Assembly: GCA_963758525.1 (NCBI GenBank)
Contig: CAVWVQ010000003.1
Span: forward strand, 2,720,001 to 2,784,000
Reading direction: 5' to 3'
Length of the DNA: 64,000 nucleotides
DNA from: an uncultured Phycisphaerales bacterium
Lineage (GTDB): Bacteria; Planctomycetota; Phycisphaerae; Tepidisphaerales; Tepidisphaeraceae
Position 1 is the first letter of the stretch. Every line of letters starts with the position of its first letter. The notes beneath the pieces were generated by a model. The model saw nothing but the letters and a program-made list of their open reading frames with translations. It had not been told where the DNA came from and ran no database searches. Of this stretch, positions 10,270 through 21,009 are shown piece by piece. A program made the position numbers and the translations under genes.

Positions 10270-11130
10270 TTACTCGGGCTTGCCGAGCCGCTGTAATGCG
10301 TAGGCAGCGTGCTCGCTCTGGCGGTCATGCCGCACGTACTCACGCCAGTGCAGGCGGGCTTCAACTTCCTCCCCCAGATCGTCGAGCGCATCTGCGAGGT
10401 TGTAGCGTGCCCTCCAGTTGTCGGGAGCGGCCTCCAACGCACGGCGGAATGCACCGGCTGCTTCCTGCAGGCTTCCCAGCTCTCCCAGGCACAGGCCGAG
10501 ATTATTCCATGCGTCGCTGTGAGAGCTGTCTATTTCGACAACTTGCAGATACCGCTCGACTGCCTGCTGCCGTTCTCCCAAGCTCCGCAAGACGTTGGCC
10601 AGCGCGAAGCAGACGTCGGCGTCGGGGCCGCCTTCCAGTAGTGCCTGGCGGTAAGATCCAGCCGCCTCCGCCAGCTGCCCCTGTTCCTCTTGCTGAAGGC
10701 CGTGCGTGAACCATTCCCCAGCGTTTCGCGGACCGCCGATGATCCGCAGCGGATGCTGCGGCCTGTCCTGATCGAAGTCAAAATGATATTGCCCATCGGC
10801 TTCGGTGAGATCTCCCTGCTCTAACCGCACGAGCAGTGTCCCGCTCCGCTCCAGGATGGCGAGTTGTTCAAGCGGATATTCCGTGTCCGACTGGCGCTCG
10901 CGTAAAACCTTGAGACTCTTGCGCACACGACCGAGAGTGACGCCGCTGGCCAGCAGATCGCAGAGGCATTTAGCCGCGGAGACCTGACGAAAATCAAATT
11001 GCGCGATATTACCCTGCGAGATGGTGGGGCGAATCAGGCCTGCTCGCACCCAAGCCCGCAGCCGCTCGGCGGGGACGTTCAAAATCTCGCCGAGCGAGTC
11101 GAGGGTATACGTCTTTACGCTCGTGTCCAT
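10270..11130 (-). CDS. MerR-like HTH plus TPR repeat protein
   Basis: LGEILNVPAERLRAWVRAGLIRP HTH; TPR motifs such as DAWNNLGLCL and ARYNLADAL. Confidence 0.9.
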   Translation of the reverse strand: MDTSVKTYTLDSLGEILNVPAERLRAWVRAGLIRPTISQGNIAQFDFRQVSAAKCLCDLLASGVTLGRVRKSLKVLRERQSDTEYPLEQLAILERSGTLLVRLEQGDLTEADGQYHFDFDQDRPQHPLRIIGGPRNAGEWFTHGLQQEEQGQLAEAAGSYRQALLEGGPDADVCFALANVLRSLGERQQAVERYLQVVEIDSSHSDAWNNLGLCLGELGSLQEAAGAFRRALEAAPDNWRARYNLADALDDLGEEVEARLHWREYVRHDRQSEHAAYALQRLGKPE

Positions 11131-11163
11131 CGCGGCTGGAGTATACGCTGAACAGCTCGCATT

Positions 11164-12029
11164 TTACGACGATTTGCGCCGCTTCGACGCCGCCGCTGAC
11201 GCGGCCGGTTTGCTGGCGCTGCCAGCTTGGCCGGCTTCTTCTTTTGAGGCTTGGCAGTTTCCAGGCTCTTCTTCAGCGCTTCCATCAAGTCGGGAATTTG
11301 CTGCAGATCATCCACCGGCGGCGTGACGATTTGCTTCCCGGCAACCTTGCTCTCGACGAGCTGCAAGAGCCGCTCATCGTACGTGTCCTTGTATTGCTTG
11401 AAGTCAAAATCTTCGTCAACCATCGACTCGACGAGCATGTGAGCCATCTTCAGCTCTTGCGCTCCTGTTTCTGCCTTTGGGACTTCGGCGGCGAACTCGC
11501 TGGCCGGCCGCACCGCAGACGCGAACGACAGGAATGTCATTGCCAGCAGGCCGCCGGTCGGCCGCAGCAGCACCACCTGATCTTTGGCCCCGAAAACGAC
11601 CTGTGCGAAGGCGTAGTTCTCCTGCTCCAGCATCGTGCGCAGAAGCAGCGCGTACGGCTTGAAACCGACCGGGCCATCAGGGACAAGATACATCGTGCGA
11701 CCGCTGTACTGCGCCGGATCGATCGCGTTCGGCTTGATGAACGCTACGATATTGACGGCCTTGTCCTTCTCCGACCGCAGTTTCTCCAGCTCGTTCGGAT
11801 CGATGATGACATACTGGTCCGGCGAGTATTGATAGCCGCTGACGATCTGATCGCCCTTGACCTCACCATGCTCGGGGCAGGTTTTGCGGTATTTGATCCG
11901 CATTCCGCAGTCTTTGTGGAGTTGATTCAACGCCACACCACTCTCGCTGGCCGTGGCGGAGTACGCCTTCACGGGGAGTGTGACCAGACCGAAGCGGATG
12001 AAGCCCTTCCAGACAGATCGCGCAGCCAT
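11164..12029 (-). CDS. ku: Ku protein (NHEJ end-binding); 1-nt indel near the C-terminus
   Basis: RSVWKGFIRFGLVTLPVKAY, LNQLHKDCG..IKYRKTC, IVSGYQY, YKDTY, IPDLMEALKKSL. Restoring one C gives a basic tail ending KRRKSS*. Confidence 0.95.
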
Positions 12030-12317
12030 ATAGCCTCTGAGGCCCGCGGCCTCGGGTGATCCGTCCATGGAGTAGGATTCGAAAATGTCGGAGAAGCGGC
12101 GTGAGTCGCCCGACAGATATCAGTGTATCGCCTGGCCGGCGGGCGGGAACAGAAGAAATTCGAGCGCGGCTCCGCGGACCAAGGGCACCCGCTCGGACGC
12201 TGGCCGAATGATGTTCTTATCGGACGAGGATCGGGGGCATGCGCGTTCGCATTCGCCTTTTGCACCGCCTCCCCAGGACGCGCGTCATGGGTTCTCGCGA
12301 TGGTGAGGCGATCTATT

Positions 12318-12539
12318 TCATTGTGCTTCAAACCTACCGACTCCCGACGTGCAAGAGTCGTAGTGGGCCGTGACGGACAGATTCTGCGCCGCATGCTCCG
12401 CCTGGAGCGCCGCTTGAAAGAGCGGATCGTTCCCAGTGTATCCGAGTTGCTCAAGTCGCATGCGGAGCCGTCGAAAGTAGCGAAGATGCCGGTTCACCTG
12501 CTCTCGTAACTCAGTGGCTTGGGCGGGGGTGATTCGCAC
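12318..12539 (-). CDS. Small hypothetical protein
   Basis: 73 aa ORF with a recognisable paralog remnant at about 1460-1600. Confidence 0.6.
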   Translation of the reverse strand: MRITPAQATELREQVNRHLRYFRRLRMRLEQLGYTGNDPLFQAALQAEHAAQNLSVTAHYDSCTSGVGRFEAQ

Positions 12540-12725
12540 GCCAGCAGCCTACATTACGGGCGCAATTTCGTCGCCACTGTTTGAACGATTTCAGATCAGC
12601 GCAATCGAGGAGGGCCGGCATTGACGGCCGGGCGGAGCTGTCGGTGTCAAACCACTGGGCAGCGTCGCGCGGGACATTCGCGATCAGCATCTTTGCGGTA
12701 TGTCGTTCCGGATGAATCAACAAGC

Positions 12726-13088
12726 TCACGTTTCAATACTGAGCGTCTTGACTCCGATCCATGCATGATCGCCCGCTCTGCCAAGGACATAAACCTCAAC
12801 TTCAGAGCCGCGTGTGACACGAAAGACACCAAGGCCATTGAAATTGGACTCCAAAACCTTCCGTAGCGACTGGAATCGGCTCGCCTGATCGTCATCCACC
12901 AATTCACCAAAAAAGGCTTCAATGGTCTGTTCACTGATCGCGTTCGAGTTTGCGTGAGCTGCTACGGCATCCCGCGATGATCCATCGGTCGCGGGCCAGT
13001 TGAAGACTTCAAATGGCTCATCACTCTCCGACGGGTAGAGCAATCCCGCGACAGCCAGCCGAAGTTGTGACAACACAGCGTTCATCAA
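12726..13088 (-). CDS. nuiA: Nuclease A inhibitor family protein
   Basis: GLLYPSESDEPFEVF...FF..LV...VYVLG...W.GVKT..IET; overlaps the stop of the nucA-like gene. Confidence 0.9.
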   Translation of the reverse strand: MMNAVLSQLRLAVAGLLYPSESDEPFEVFNWPATDGSSRDAVAAHANSNAISEQTIEAFFGELVDDDQASRFQSLRKVLESNFNGLGVFRVTRGSEVEVYVLGRAGDHAWIGVKTLSIET

Positions 13089-14071
13089 TCCGGTCCAGCA
13101 TGCAGCAACGGGCGGGGCGGGGTGATTGTTTCTGAATCGACCTTTGCGTCCAAGGCCATCCGGACGTCATCGGGTAGAGCCGTAAAGAAATGCAGTCCGG
13201 TCTTTGCTTCGATCGAGGCTGGCGCGCAGCGGAAACCCGCCCATTCCTCGCCAACGCGGTCATTGTCGTTTGGAACATCCACGGCAATCACCCGGTCCGT
13301 CGCATCAACGTTTGCCAAATCATCACGTCCAGTATCGCGTGTGACGACGATGACCTTCCAAATTTGCGCGGGCACGATCACGCGACCCTCGGCGATCGAA
13401 TCTGCCGGACCCTTGCTGCCGACGCCGCCACGGCCTGCCGGTCCGCTGCTGATGTACAGTCGATCGCCGGCCCGCGCCAGCTCGCGGCAATAGTTCTCCA
13501 ACTGAGCCCAGCACTTGCGATTGTTGTTTGGTGCCTGGGGGACGATGTTGGTCATGACGAAAGTGCCATAACTGCTCGAAAGAGTACTTGCGCGGTCGGA
13601 GTGATCGCACATATGCCCGCGATCGAATCCGCTGCCGGTGTAGTCTCGCGACGCGACGTGATCGAAGCTGGCGGGCAGGGTATCGTCAGAATCAAAAGTC
13701 CGCTTACGCGGCGCGCTTCCCAGGTCTGCTGCGCAGAGCCGCCAGGAAACCCATCGGGGCTCGCCGGCGGAGTCGTCATATGCGAGCGCAAAATACGGCT
13801 TGACCATCAGGTAGTTGTCGCGGTTAACGGGATCCTCTGTCGCGCCGCTGGGATTGCCGAGCAGCATCTGCACAGACGATGGGCCAGACGGCGGAGGCGG
13901 CGGAAGTGCGGCGTTGCTCGGAAAGGCTTGCGTTGCCGGAGAACCATCAGGCGCGTTCGGTCCCCGTGCCAAATCGTCCGGGGGGCGCGACAGCCACAAG
14001 CCCAGGACGATTAGCGCGACGCAGACAAGCAGGATCGAGATGACTAACAGCAATTGGCGGGGCTTTGGCAC
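13085..14071 (-). CDS. nucA: DNA/RNA non-specific endonuclease (NucA type) with N-terminal membrane anchor
   Basis: LLGNPSGA, NYLM.K, PRWVSW, DYTGSGFDRGHM, TNIVPQ...N..CWAQLENYCR; likely GTG start at 14071. Confidence 0.92.
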   Translation of the reverse strand: MPKPRQLLLVISILLVCVALIVLGLWLSRPPDDLARGPNAPDGSPATQAFPSNAALPPPPPSGPSSVQMLLGNPSGATEDPVNRDNYLMVKPYFALAYDDSAGEPRWVSWRLCAADLGSAPRKRTFDSDDTLPASFDHVASRDYTGSGFDRGHMCDHSDRASTLSSSYGTFVMTNIVPQAPNNNRKCWAQLENYCRELARAGDRLYISSGPAGRGGVGSKGPADSIAEGRVIVPAQIWKVIVVTRDTGRDDLANVDATDRVIAVDVPNDNDRVGEEWAGFRCAPASIEAKTGLHFFTALPDDVRMALDAKVDSETITPPRPLLHAGPD

Positions 14072-14103
14072 GGCCCCCAGCTTATCGATGCGCGCTTCGG
14101 CCG

Positions 14104-14661
14104 CTACTTCCAGCCGACCGCGAGTGCCGACGCAGTGGAAGCGCTGCACTCGGGGCAGGTACCGCTGACGTTGCCGGTCAAGGAGTACCCGCACTGGATA
14201 CAACGGTTCTCCTCCCGACGCTTGAGTCTTTGCTTCCGCCGGCCCAGCCAAGCGGGAGTTTGCCAGAGGAGACAAGCGGCGAACAGGATGCCGCTCATGT
14301 CGCGCACTTGCGAATACAAAGCCACCTGCCGGGACCGGTCGGCAGCGAGGTAGCTTTTTAGAAGGCTTCTCTGCCTAGCTTGCAGCCGTCTCACTTCCGC
14401 ATTCAGCGCGTGACCCTGTTGGACGAATACCGGATCATCGGTCTCGGCGACATGAGAATAAGGATCGGAAGAACGATAAGCAGCCGCCGCAAGCAACGCG
14501 CGATAGAGCTGCTGTTGGTTATTCCGAAGCAGCGGTACGAACTTTTCCTGCGCAAGCCGCGTTGTCCGCGCAGTCGAAGCTTTCAGCAAGGCGCAGGTGA
14601 TCCACACCAAGAGGGCCAGAAGAAGCACCAGATTCAGCGGCGACTTGAGGAGACGTCTCAC
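14104..14661 (-). CDS. Membrane protein with C-terminal zinc ribbon
   Basis: Two TM segments; CIQCGYSLTGNVSGTCPEC. Confidence 0.7.
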   Translation of the reverse strand: MRRLLKSPLNLVLLLALLVWITCALLKASTARTTRLAQEKFVPLLRNNQQQLYRALLAAAAYRSSDPYSHVAETDDPVFVQQGHALNAEVRRLQARQRSLLKSYLAADRSRQVALYSQVRDMSGILFAACLLWQTPAWLGRRKQRLKRREENRCIQCGYSLTGNVSGTCPECSASTASALAVGWK

Positions 14662-14707
14662 TTCGATATTTTATACGAGATGATCTGCCACCACGAAACG
14701 ATTAGAG

Positions 14708-15415
14708 GTGCAAGAGATGCAAGAGCCTCAAAAGCTTGATCGCACACACCTTCTCTATGGCCCGTATCGCCCGCCGAAAGCCCGTCGGGGCGACCGCCTC
14801 TTCTGTGAGATCCTCGGCACGGTCAAAGTAGGCGGCCATCACAATGCACCTGTCATGTGGCCGTGGATCGCCAAGAGCGGCCGTCACACGCTGGTCCTCT
14901 GCGGTGATCTGGTCAGGGCGGTCCGATCTGAATCGGAGATCGCCGTGGCGCATCATTTCGGAGTCGTCAACGCGACGGTTCGCAAATGGCGTCGAGCGCT
15001 CGGGGTGGGTCGAAGCACAGAGGGTACGCGCCAACTTGAGCGCGGCGTCGCACTTGGCAGAACGGACGATCGGCTGGAACTCGCGCGCCGGAATTCCAAA
15101 ACCGCGCCGGCCCTCGCGAAATCGTCGGCGAGACTGAAGGGTCGTATTCAGCCGCCGTCGGTGATCGAAGCAGCCAGGGAGGCGGCGCACCGTCCGCGGT
15201 CAGAATCGTGGAAGTTGCAGATGGCGGCATATTGGCAACGCCGCGGTCATCCACCGGGTCATCCCGAATCGAGATTCTGGACGTCGAGCGAGGATGCCCT
15301 GCTGGGAACCGCCACTGATGCAGAAGTGGGGCGGAAGATCCGCAGAAGCACAAAAGCAGTGAGCGGCCGTCGATTCGTGCTCAAGATCCCCAGATACCGG
15401 AAACGATCGATTTGA
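14708..15415 (+). CDS. Basic HTH-containing hypothetical protein
   Basis: ESEIAVAHHFGV..ATVRKWRRALGV and WTSSEDALLGTATDAEVGRKI, both HTH-like. Confidence 0.65.
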   Translation: MQEMQEPQKLDRTHLLYGPYRPPKARRGDRLFCEILGTVKVGGHHNAPVMWPWIAKSGRHTLVLCGDLVRAVRSESEIAVAHHFGVVNATVRKWRRALGVGRSTEGTRQLERGVALGRTDDRLELARRNSKTAPALAKSSARLKGRIQPPSVIEAAREAAHRPRSESWKLQMAAYWQRRGHPPGHPESRFWTSSEDALLGTATDAEVGRKIRRSTKAVSGRRFVLKIPRYRKRSI

Positions 15416-15500
15416 AAAGAGACGCCCATGTCGCGCTGGCGGTTCACGATTCTGTCAGCGGCTCCCAGGCCGTGATCAATGTCCCCGATGACGAGCGCCG

Positions 15501-15607
15501 TTTGTTCTGGCGGGCGAGTCGGGCGATATTGCAATGGGCATCGTGATGTTCCGAGGACTGTATCCAGTAATGCTGCGGCGTTGGGGACCCGGTTGCATGA
15601 GAGTCAT
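15501..15607 (-). pseudogene. Third, heavily decayed 5' fragment of the AAA ATPase gene
   Basis: Minus strand reads ATGACTCTC...TGGATACAGTCCTCGGAACATCACGATGCC...CTCGCCCGCCAGAACAA (WIQSSEHHDA...LARQNK), matching the 5' end of the gene at 22506. Confidence 0.8.
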
Positions 15608-16293
15608 AGAGTCCCCCGTGTGTGCGTTTTGGGGAGGGGCGAGGGGACGGAATGGATGGAGATCCGAGGGGCGAATTTTCTTTCACGGCGGGAATGTCGG
15701 GAACTGGCCTGGTGTTGTCACCTCCGGCGACGTATCTCGGCCGCTGAAAGGCCGGATCAGTTGGTCGTTTGACTTTGCGCTGTTAAACGGTGTTCTGCGC
15801 TCCGCCGAACCGGGAGTCGCTCGTTCGGCGCACCCGCCACGCCAGGAATCTCGATCGGCATTGCGATCGCGTGGGCACCTGCTCAACTCCAGCCAACGCA
15901 GCGCCCATGTGTAGACCCGTGCAACCTCCGCCGGCCGGGCCGCCAGTTTCGGCGGCAATGGCCAGTCGCTGAACACTCCGGTGGGGCTAGCGGGATCCGG
16001 TTCCGCGGCTACAGCATGCCGATGAAGCTCCGTGAAATGACGATCGATTGTCGTCCGAGGCTTCTGCCCCTTCACCGCGCTCGATGACTTACTGCCACGC
16101 CGTAGATCGGATCATCGGCGCAGACATGCGAGATCGGGGCGTGGTGATGTATCCGCTGGCCGAGTCGGGTCGCGTTCAGTCAACTCATACCGGTGCGTGG
16201 AAATCGCAATCGAGATCAGCGACGCGACCACGGCCAACGCCAGCACGGCAGCCACGTTGTGGAGGATGACGATTGCGCGGTCACCTACGCCGT

Positions 16294-16941
16294 TCACAGG
16301 CATGGGGGAAGCTCCCCCGATAGAAACCGCTGGCAGGGTTTGGCAACGGACATCGGAGCATAGGATGGCGCTTCGATTCTTTGCTCCGCCGCCCGCGCTC
16401 TCTTCTCTCCGGCCTCCACGAGCGATTTGATTGCGACGAGGGTGTCGCGTTCGCCCTGGCTGGATGCACCCCGCCGCGATGCCGCTATGGCGCGGGCAAG
16501 GTGCTCGGCCGCCTTCGCCAATTCGTCGGCGAGTGTCGTCGGTTGTTTCTCCACGGGCAGCGGTTCCGGTTTTGGCAGATCCATTTTCATTGACCGTTGT
16601 CCCCACACAGCTTCTGACGCCCACGTCGCAAGCAGCTCACCGCGGCTGCAGACGCCGAAGCGTTGGTACAGCCGCTTGATGTATAGATGCGTCGTGTGAA
16701 TCGAAATCCCCAACTTGCGGGCAATCTGCTTTTCACCTTCGCCTGACCGGAGGAGCGAGAGAACCTCCCTTTGGCGGGGAGGCAGGTGAAGCTCACGGGG
16801 AACGACCGTTGTTACTGGAGCGATAGTTGTGTGCTGTCCATGCAATATGAGATCAACGAGCGGGTAACTTTTTTCCGAAAAGGTAGCAGAAATGCCAATT
16901 TTTTTTGGGTGTGTAAACGGAAGGCGCGTTTCCGGCACCAA
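16294..16941 (-). CDS. LuxR-type HTH protein (start and C-terminal extension uncertain)
   Basis: LPPRQREVLSLL..GEGEKQIARKLGISIHTTHLYIKRLYQRFGVCSRGEL. Confidence 0.75.
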   Translation of the reverse strand: MVPETRLPFTHPKKIGISATFSEKSYPLVDLILHGQHTTIAPVTTVVPRELHLPPRQREVLSLLRSGEGEKQIARKLGISIHTTHLYIKRLYQRFGVCSRGELLATWASEAVWGQRSMKMDLPKPEPLPVEKQPTTLADELAKAAEHLARAIAASRRGASSQGERDTLVAIKSLVEAGEKRARAAEQRIEAPSYAPMSVAKPCQRFLSGELPPCL

Positions 16942-17278
16942 CTACCGACCCACTATTCCAAACTGCATTGCAGGCAGAACAGCTAACGGCGGTTATCGCT
17001 GCTGCACCCGCTGCTGCGTTTCCGCCGTCTGATGAAATTCCGCTGTCAGCTGCTCGGCGGTTCGATCGCCCGGGGCGTGCACGATGAAGTTGCCGGCCTA
17101 GCGGCAAGCCCGTGGGTCAAACATCGGCTTACAATCAATCGGGAAAGTAGCGAGTTGAAACTAACATCCTCGAATATCGCGAGACGACTGCTTATTCTCG
17201 CAACGATAGGTAAAAAAAAACAAGCATCCCCGCCGGCCGGCCCTCGTCGCTGAACTGCAACGAAGGCCGGCTCTGTAG

Positions 17279-18253
17279 TTATTCCCGCTGACGCGGGTCA
17301 AACCGTTTGCTGCAAGTCGCAGCGTCGATCACCCGACCCGCCGCCATTTGCTTGTCCTTCTCCCGTCGACGACGGAGTGCCTTTCTTTTCCAAGGACTCC
17401 ACAACCAGATCGCCACGTGACACAAGATACCGCCGACGAGGATCACAACGACTACGGCGACCGGACGGACAAATCTGTCAGCCACGCCGAAGACGAGTCG
17501 CTCGATCAGACCGGGCGTCGGCGCTTCGCCATTGGTCGACGGGGTCGTGCCGCCAAGCATGTTGTCTTTTACGGCAATGACCGTCGCGACGCCACCAGCC
17601 GTCAGCAAGACCTTCGGGTGCGTCTCCAAATAGTCCAATACCCGCGCCGGCGCTCTCGCCATCGCCACCAGAAGCCGGTTTCGCTCTCCCGCCGGCAGCG
17701 CCGCAATTTCGTCAGCGTAGCGGGCGAACGTCACCGCCTGATCGGTTGTGAGCCCCTGGCCGATGGTGATGCCGTCCGTGCCCAACTTCTCGGCGAGGCT
17801 GGCGCCCGCGCCAGGATGTTTTGCTTCCAACACCAGCGCATCCTTCCCATATGCCGCCACAAGCCGCGCCGTCACTTCTGGATCGCGTGCGGCGGCACGG
17901 ATGGCTGGCGCAACGAGATCGGGCGAAACGCCGTCCAACGCTCCAATGATTCGCGAGGGTGACCGTTCCACGGCGTTCAGCGCCGATGGTCCGTAGCGGG
18001 TGCCGTACTGGGTGACCCGTTCGACCAGTTCCTCGCCCCCTTCCTCCATGGCTCTATCGAGCACCTGGCGCACCGCCGCCTCGCCGCCCATTTCGGCAAG
18101 CTCCGTCGCTGCTTCACTCCCTCCTTCCCGAATCATGACGTCGACCAGCTCTCCGGCTGCGGCTTCCGTCGCCGAAGACAGTTGACACGTCATGATGCCG
18201 CTGGACGTCAAAGCAATCAGCAAAACAGACGCGAACAGAATTAGACGCCTCAT
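17279..18253 (-). CDS. Hypothetical exported/membrane helical protein
   Basis: Signal peptide, Ala/Gly-rich helical body, C-terminal TM; ATGA overlap with the upstream gene. Confidence 0.75.
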   Translation of the reverse strand: MRRLILFASVLLIALTSSGIMTCQLSSATEAAAGELVDVMIREGGSEAATELAEMGGEAAVRQVLDRAMEEGGEELVERVTQYGTRYGPSALNAVERSPSRIIGALDGVSPDLVAPAIRAAARDPEVTARLVAAYGKDALVLEAKHPGAGASLAEKLGTDGITIGQGLTTDQAVTFARYADEIAALPAGERNRLLVAMARAPARVLDYLETHPKVLLTAGGVATVIAVKDNMLGGTTPSTNGEAPTPGLIERLVFGVADRFVRPVAVVVVILVGGILCHVAIWLWSPWKRKALRRRREKDKQMAAGRVIDAATCSKRFDPRQRE

Positions 18254-19407
18254 CTCCGGGCCTCCAACAAAGCGTCAATAATCGCCTGCCGTTGGTTTTG
18301 CTCCGCCAGCTTCGCCGCCTGCTCGAACGATGCCCGCAAGCCGGGGGATTTCTCACCGCCGTCCACAATCTCATGTTCAAGCGTGTCCAGGAATTTGTCA
18401 GACTGATCGATGACATGCGCTTCAAGCCGATTGCTCGTCCACCAGTCGACCGCCGCGCCGACGGCCAAGCCAGCGCCTACGCCGATCGCGGTGCCGGCGG
18501 GGCCAACCAGCGATCCGGCTCCCGCACCCGTGGCGGTGCCGCCGACCATGGCGGTGTCGCCGGCAACGTCCACGGCCAGCGATACGCCAACGCGGGCGAG
18601 GATCTCGGCGGCGAGCGCCTCCCCCGCCTCAGTGCCCGCCCAACCGCCGGCCACCGATGCCAAGCCGGTTACCACACTGTCACGGGGCGTGGTGGCGTTC
18701 AGTTGGTTGGCACGGTTTTCGATGTCCGCGTACAGACCATCCCACCCCTCGTCGGCGAGCACGATCGGCGACTGGCTGCCTTCCAACGGCAGCTGGATCT
18801 CTGCGAAGAGCTGATTGCGGCTCGCCTCAAGATCTCCGCGATACTGTTTCAGCACGTCTTCCAAATCAGCCTGGAGGGCCTGTTCCGACAGGACGTGCGC
18901 GCGAAACTTTGCCTGGATGTAATCGGCGACGTGGTTTGTGACTTTATTTCCCCGGACGTGACGGTCCCATTGGTCGGTGACGAAGCACCCCATCACACCG
19001 AACCGTGTTCGCCATCCCGACACGTCTTCGGCGAAGGGTTTGACGCCGACGCGGTGGACGTCGAATCGTTCGTGGAGCGCATCGATTGCCCGCGCTGCCG
19101 CCTGACGGTTGCGCTGGAGCGCCGCATCGAGCAGCGGCGAAATCTCCCTGCGGTAGAACACCGTCACGTTATCCGCCGGCACCTGCACGGTCGGCGACTG
19201 CGCCGTGAAGCCGCCCAAGTGCAGGCGTTGCCGTATTTGCGTGATCCGCCAAGCTGCCGCGATCAGGCCGATCGCCGCGAGCAGTGCCACGATCCAGCGC
19301 ACATAGGGCCGTCGGCTCACGACCCGCGGTAGCGGCGGGTGGTATTGAAGAGCGTGTGGAGTGCTCTTGTTTGTCTGTGTTGTTCCGTTCGTACTTTGGT
19401 CTTTCAT
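18250..19407 (-). CDS. Membrane protein with glycine-zipper hairpin
   Basis: N-terminal TM; GGTATGAGAGSLVGPAGTAIGVGAGLAVGAAVDW. Confidence 0.75.
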   Translation of the reverse strand: MKDQSTNGTTQTNKSTPHALQYHPPLPRVVSRRPYVRWIVALLAAIGLIAAAWRITQIRQRLHLGGFTAQSPTVQVPADNVTVFYRREISPLLDAALQRNRQAAARAIDALHERFDVHRVGVKPFAEDVSGWRTRFGVMGCFVTDQWDRHVRGNKVTNHVADYIQAKFRAHVLSEQALQADLEDVLKQYRGDLEASRNQLFAEIQLPLEGSQSPIVLADEGWDGLYADIENRANQLNATTPRDSVVTGLASVAGGWAGTEAGEALAAEILARVGVSLAVDVAGDTAMVGGTATGAGAGSLVGPAGTAIGVGAGLAVGAAVDWWTSNRLEAHVIDQSDKFLDTLEHEIVDGGEKSPGLRASFEQAAKLAEQNQRQAIIDALLEARR

Positions 19408-19497
19408 CGAAACCTCCTTCAATTGTGAAAATGAGTCGGCAGACCGGCGGCAGGACGGATTCGTCCTGCTTCCGGTCCGCGGTGTTTGAGGATTCAG

Positions 19498-19773
19498 TTA
19501 TTGCGACGCGATCGTGGCGGAGCGGCCAAGCCAATGCCGGCGGAGCCAGGCAACTTCGGCTTCGAGTGCCTTGCTGCGTTTGGCGAACGGCCCGAGCTTC
19601 GGCCCCGCCACTGGAGCCAGGTCCGCCCACCAGCGTCCGTGCTCATCGGGCTCGCAGTGACTGGCCCGGCGGACCCGGATGTCGCCCAGCCGAGCGAGAT
19701 CCAGGTCGTCGGTGTAGATGCAACTGGCGGTTCCGTCCGGGTCGATCACCAGTTCAATGATCTCGCCCGTCAC
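19498..19773 (-). CDS. Small conserved-looking hypothetical protein
   Basis: Overlaps the upstream stop; LVIDPDG..CIY...RRASHCEPD..GRWWADL.PV.GP.LGPF. Confidence 0.75.
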   Translation of the reverse strand: MTGEIIELVIDPDGTASCIYTDDLDLARLGDIRVRRASHCEPDEHGRWWADLAPVAGPKLGPFAKRSKALEAEVAWLRRHWLGRSATIASQ

Positions 19774-20759
19774 GATGCCGCCGGCCCGTTCTGTCCCGCC
19801 GGCTGGCGGAGGATGCGGCGACGGGGTGCGTCCACGAGCATCTGGTCGAGGTGCGCTTGCACCGCTGAAAGCTGGCTGGTGAGATGGTCGCGGAGCGACT
19901 CGTTGTTGCGGACGACGGTGGGGTCCACGCCGGCCAACGTGCGCTGGGCCGTGTCCACCAGACGGTCGAGGTCACCGTTGGAACGCACGTTGAGTCCGCG
20001 GAACCGCTCGAAGAACTGGTTGAGGTTCTTCACGGCAGAGTCCCGGAAGATTTTCTTCTCGCCGGACGGGTCGGCGGTAAGCCGCTCGATCAGATGGGAA
20101 ACCAGCTTGCCAAACTCGGCCACAAAAGCCTGTTCTGCAAGTTGCACGGCTTCATCGAACCGCTGAGCAATGCGCTGGCGTTCCTGCTGATACAGACGCG
20201 GGTTGAGCCGGAGCAAATACTCTGGCGGCTCGACGGATGGAAAATCAAACTCGACGCCGAACAAGCCGCGCAGTGTCGGCGGATAATCGTTCGGGTTGAA
20301 CAGCCGGCCAAGCCGATCCCGCGCTGCCAGCTTGAGCTGCTCAAAGTGCTCGTCGAGGTTCTCCACCGCCGTCAACAACTCCTGGCGAAGATCCGTCATG
20401 CGGGAGTTGAACGGGTCCACGTCATCCTGTGGGACGAGCCGCACGCCATTCTCGGGATACGGCAGGGACATGCCCTTCCAATACGAGATGATCTGCGAGC
20501 GGACGGCGGTCACGGCCCGGAAGGCTTCATGTTTGTTGTCGAGAAGCTTCTTGGCGGCGCTGAAGAATGCCGCTTCGGCACCGAAGCTGTCGGCGGCCTG
20601 GGCTTTTTGCTCAGACGTCAGCGCCTTGCGCGTGCCGAACCAGGTAAACATGACGCGGGTGGCGGCAAAGTTGAGCCGCAGTCGTTGGGCGGCTGCGGTG
20701 TTGGTCGTACTGGAAGCCGACGCGGCGCGCCGGCTGGGACGATCGACGGCCATAGTCAT
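19770..20759 (-). CDS. DUF3150-like helical protein
   Basis: About 329 aa, follows the AAA ATPase; SLPYPENGVRLVP, LFNPNDYP, KKIFRDS; paralog remnant at about 8.0-8.2 kb. Confidence 0.65.
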   Translation of the reverse strand: MTMAVDRPSRRAASASSTTNTAAAQRLRLNFAATRVMFTWFGTRKALTSEQKAQAADSFGAEAAFFSAAKKLLDNKHEAFRAVTAVRSQIISYWKGMSLPYPENGVRLVPQDDVDPFNSRMTDLRQELLTAVENLDEHFEQLKLAARDRLGRLFNPNDYPPTLRGLFGVEFDFPSVEPPEYLLRLNPRLYQQERQRIAQRFDEAVQLAEQAFVAEFGKLVSHLIERLTADPSGEKKIFRDSAVKNLNQFFERFRGLNVRSNGDLDRLVDTAQRTLAGVDPTVVRNNESLRDHLTSQLSAVQAHLDQMLVDAPRRRILRQPAGQNGPAAS

Positions 20760-21009
20760 AGGAGTCCTTTCGTGAAAAGAGGGGGGTGATTCGTTGGCCA
20801 ATCAGAGTGGCGGTTGCGATGTCGCGAAAAATGCGACGCAACTGACGGCAAATGAGCCACGTATGGGACGGTCGTTGAGTTAACTGACGTTTTGGAGGGC
20901 GTAATTCAGGGCGTCAGCCGTGAAAAACGCCTCAGCGTGGCGGGGATGGGCATCGCGGGGGGCGCAGGCCCCTTTCCCGGTGCGGAAAGTACCAGACGCG
21001 GGATTCGCG

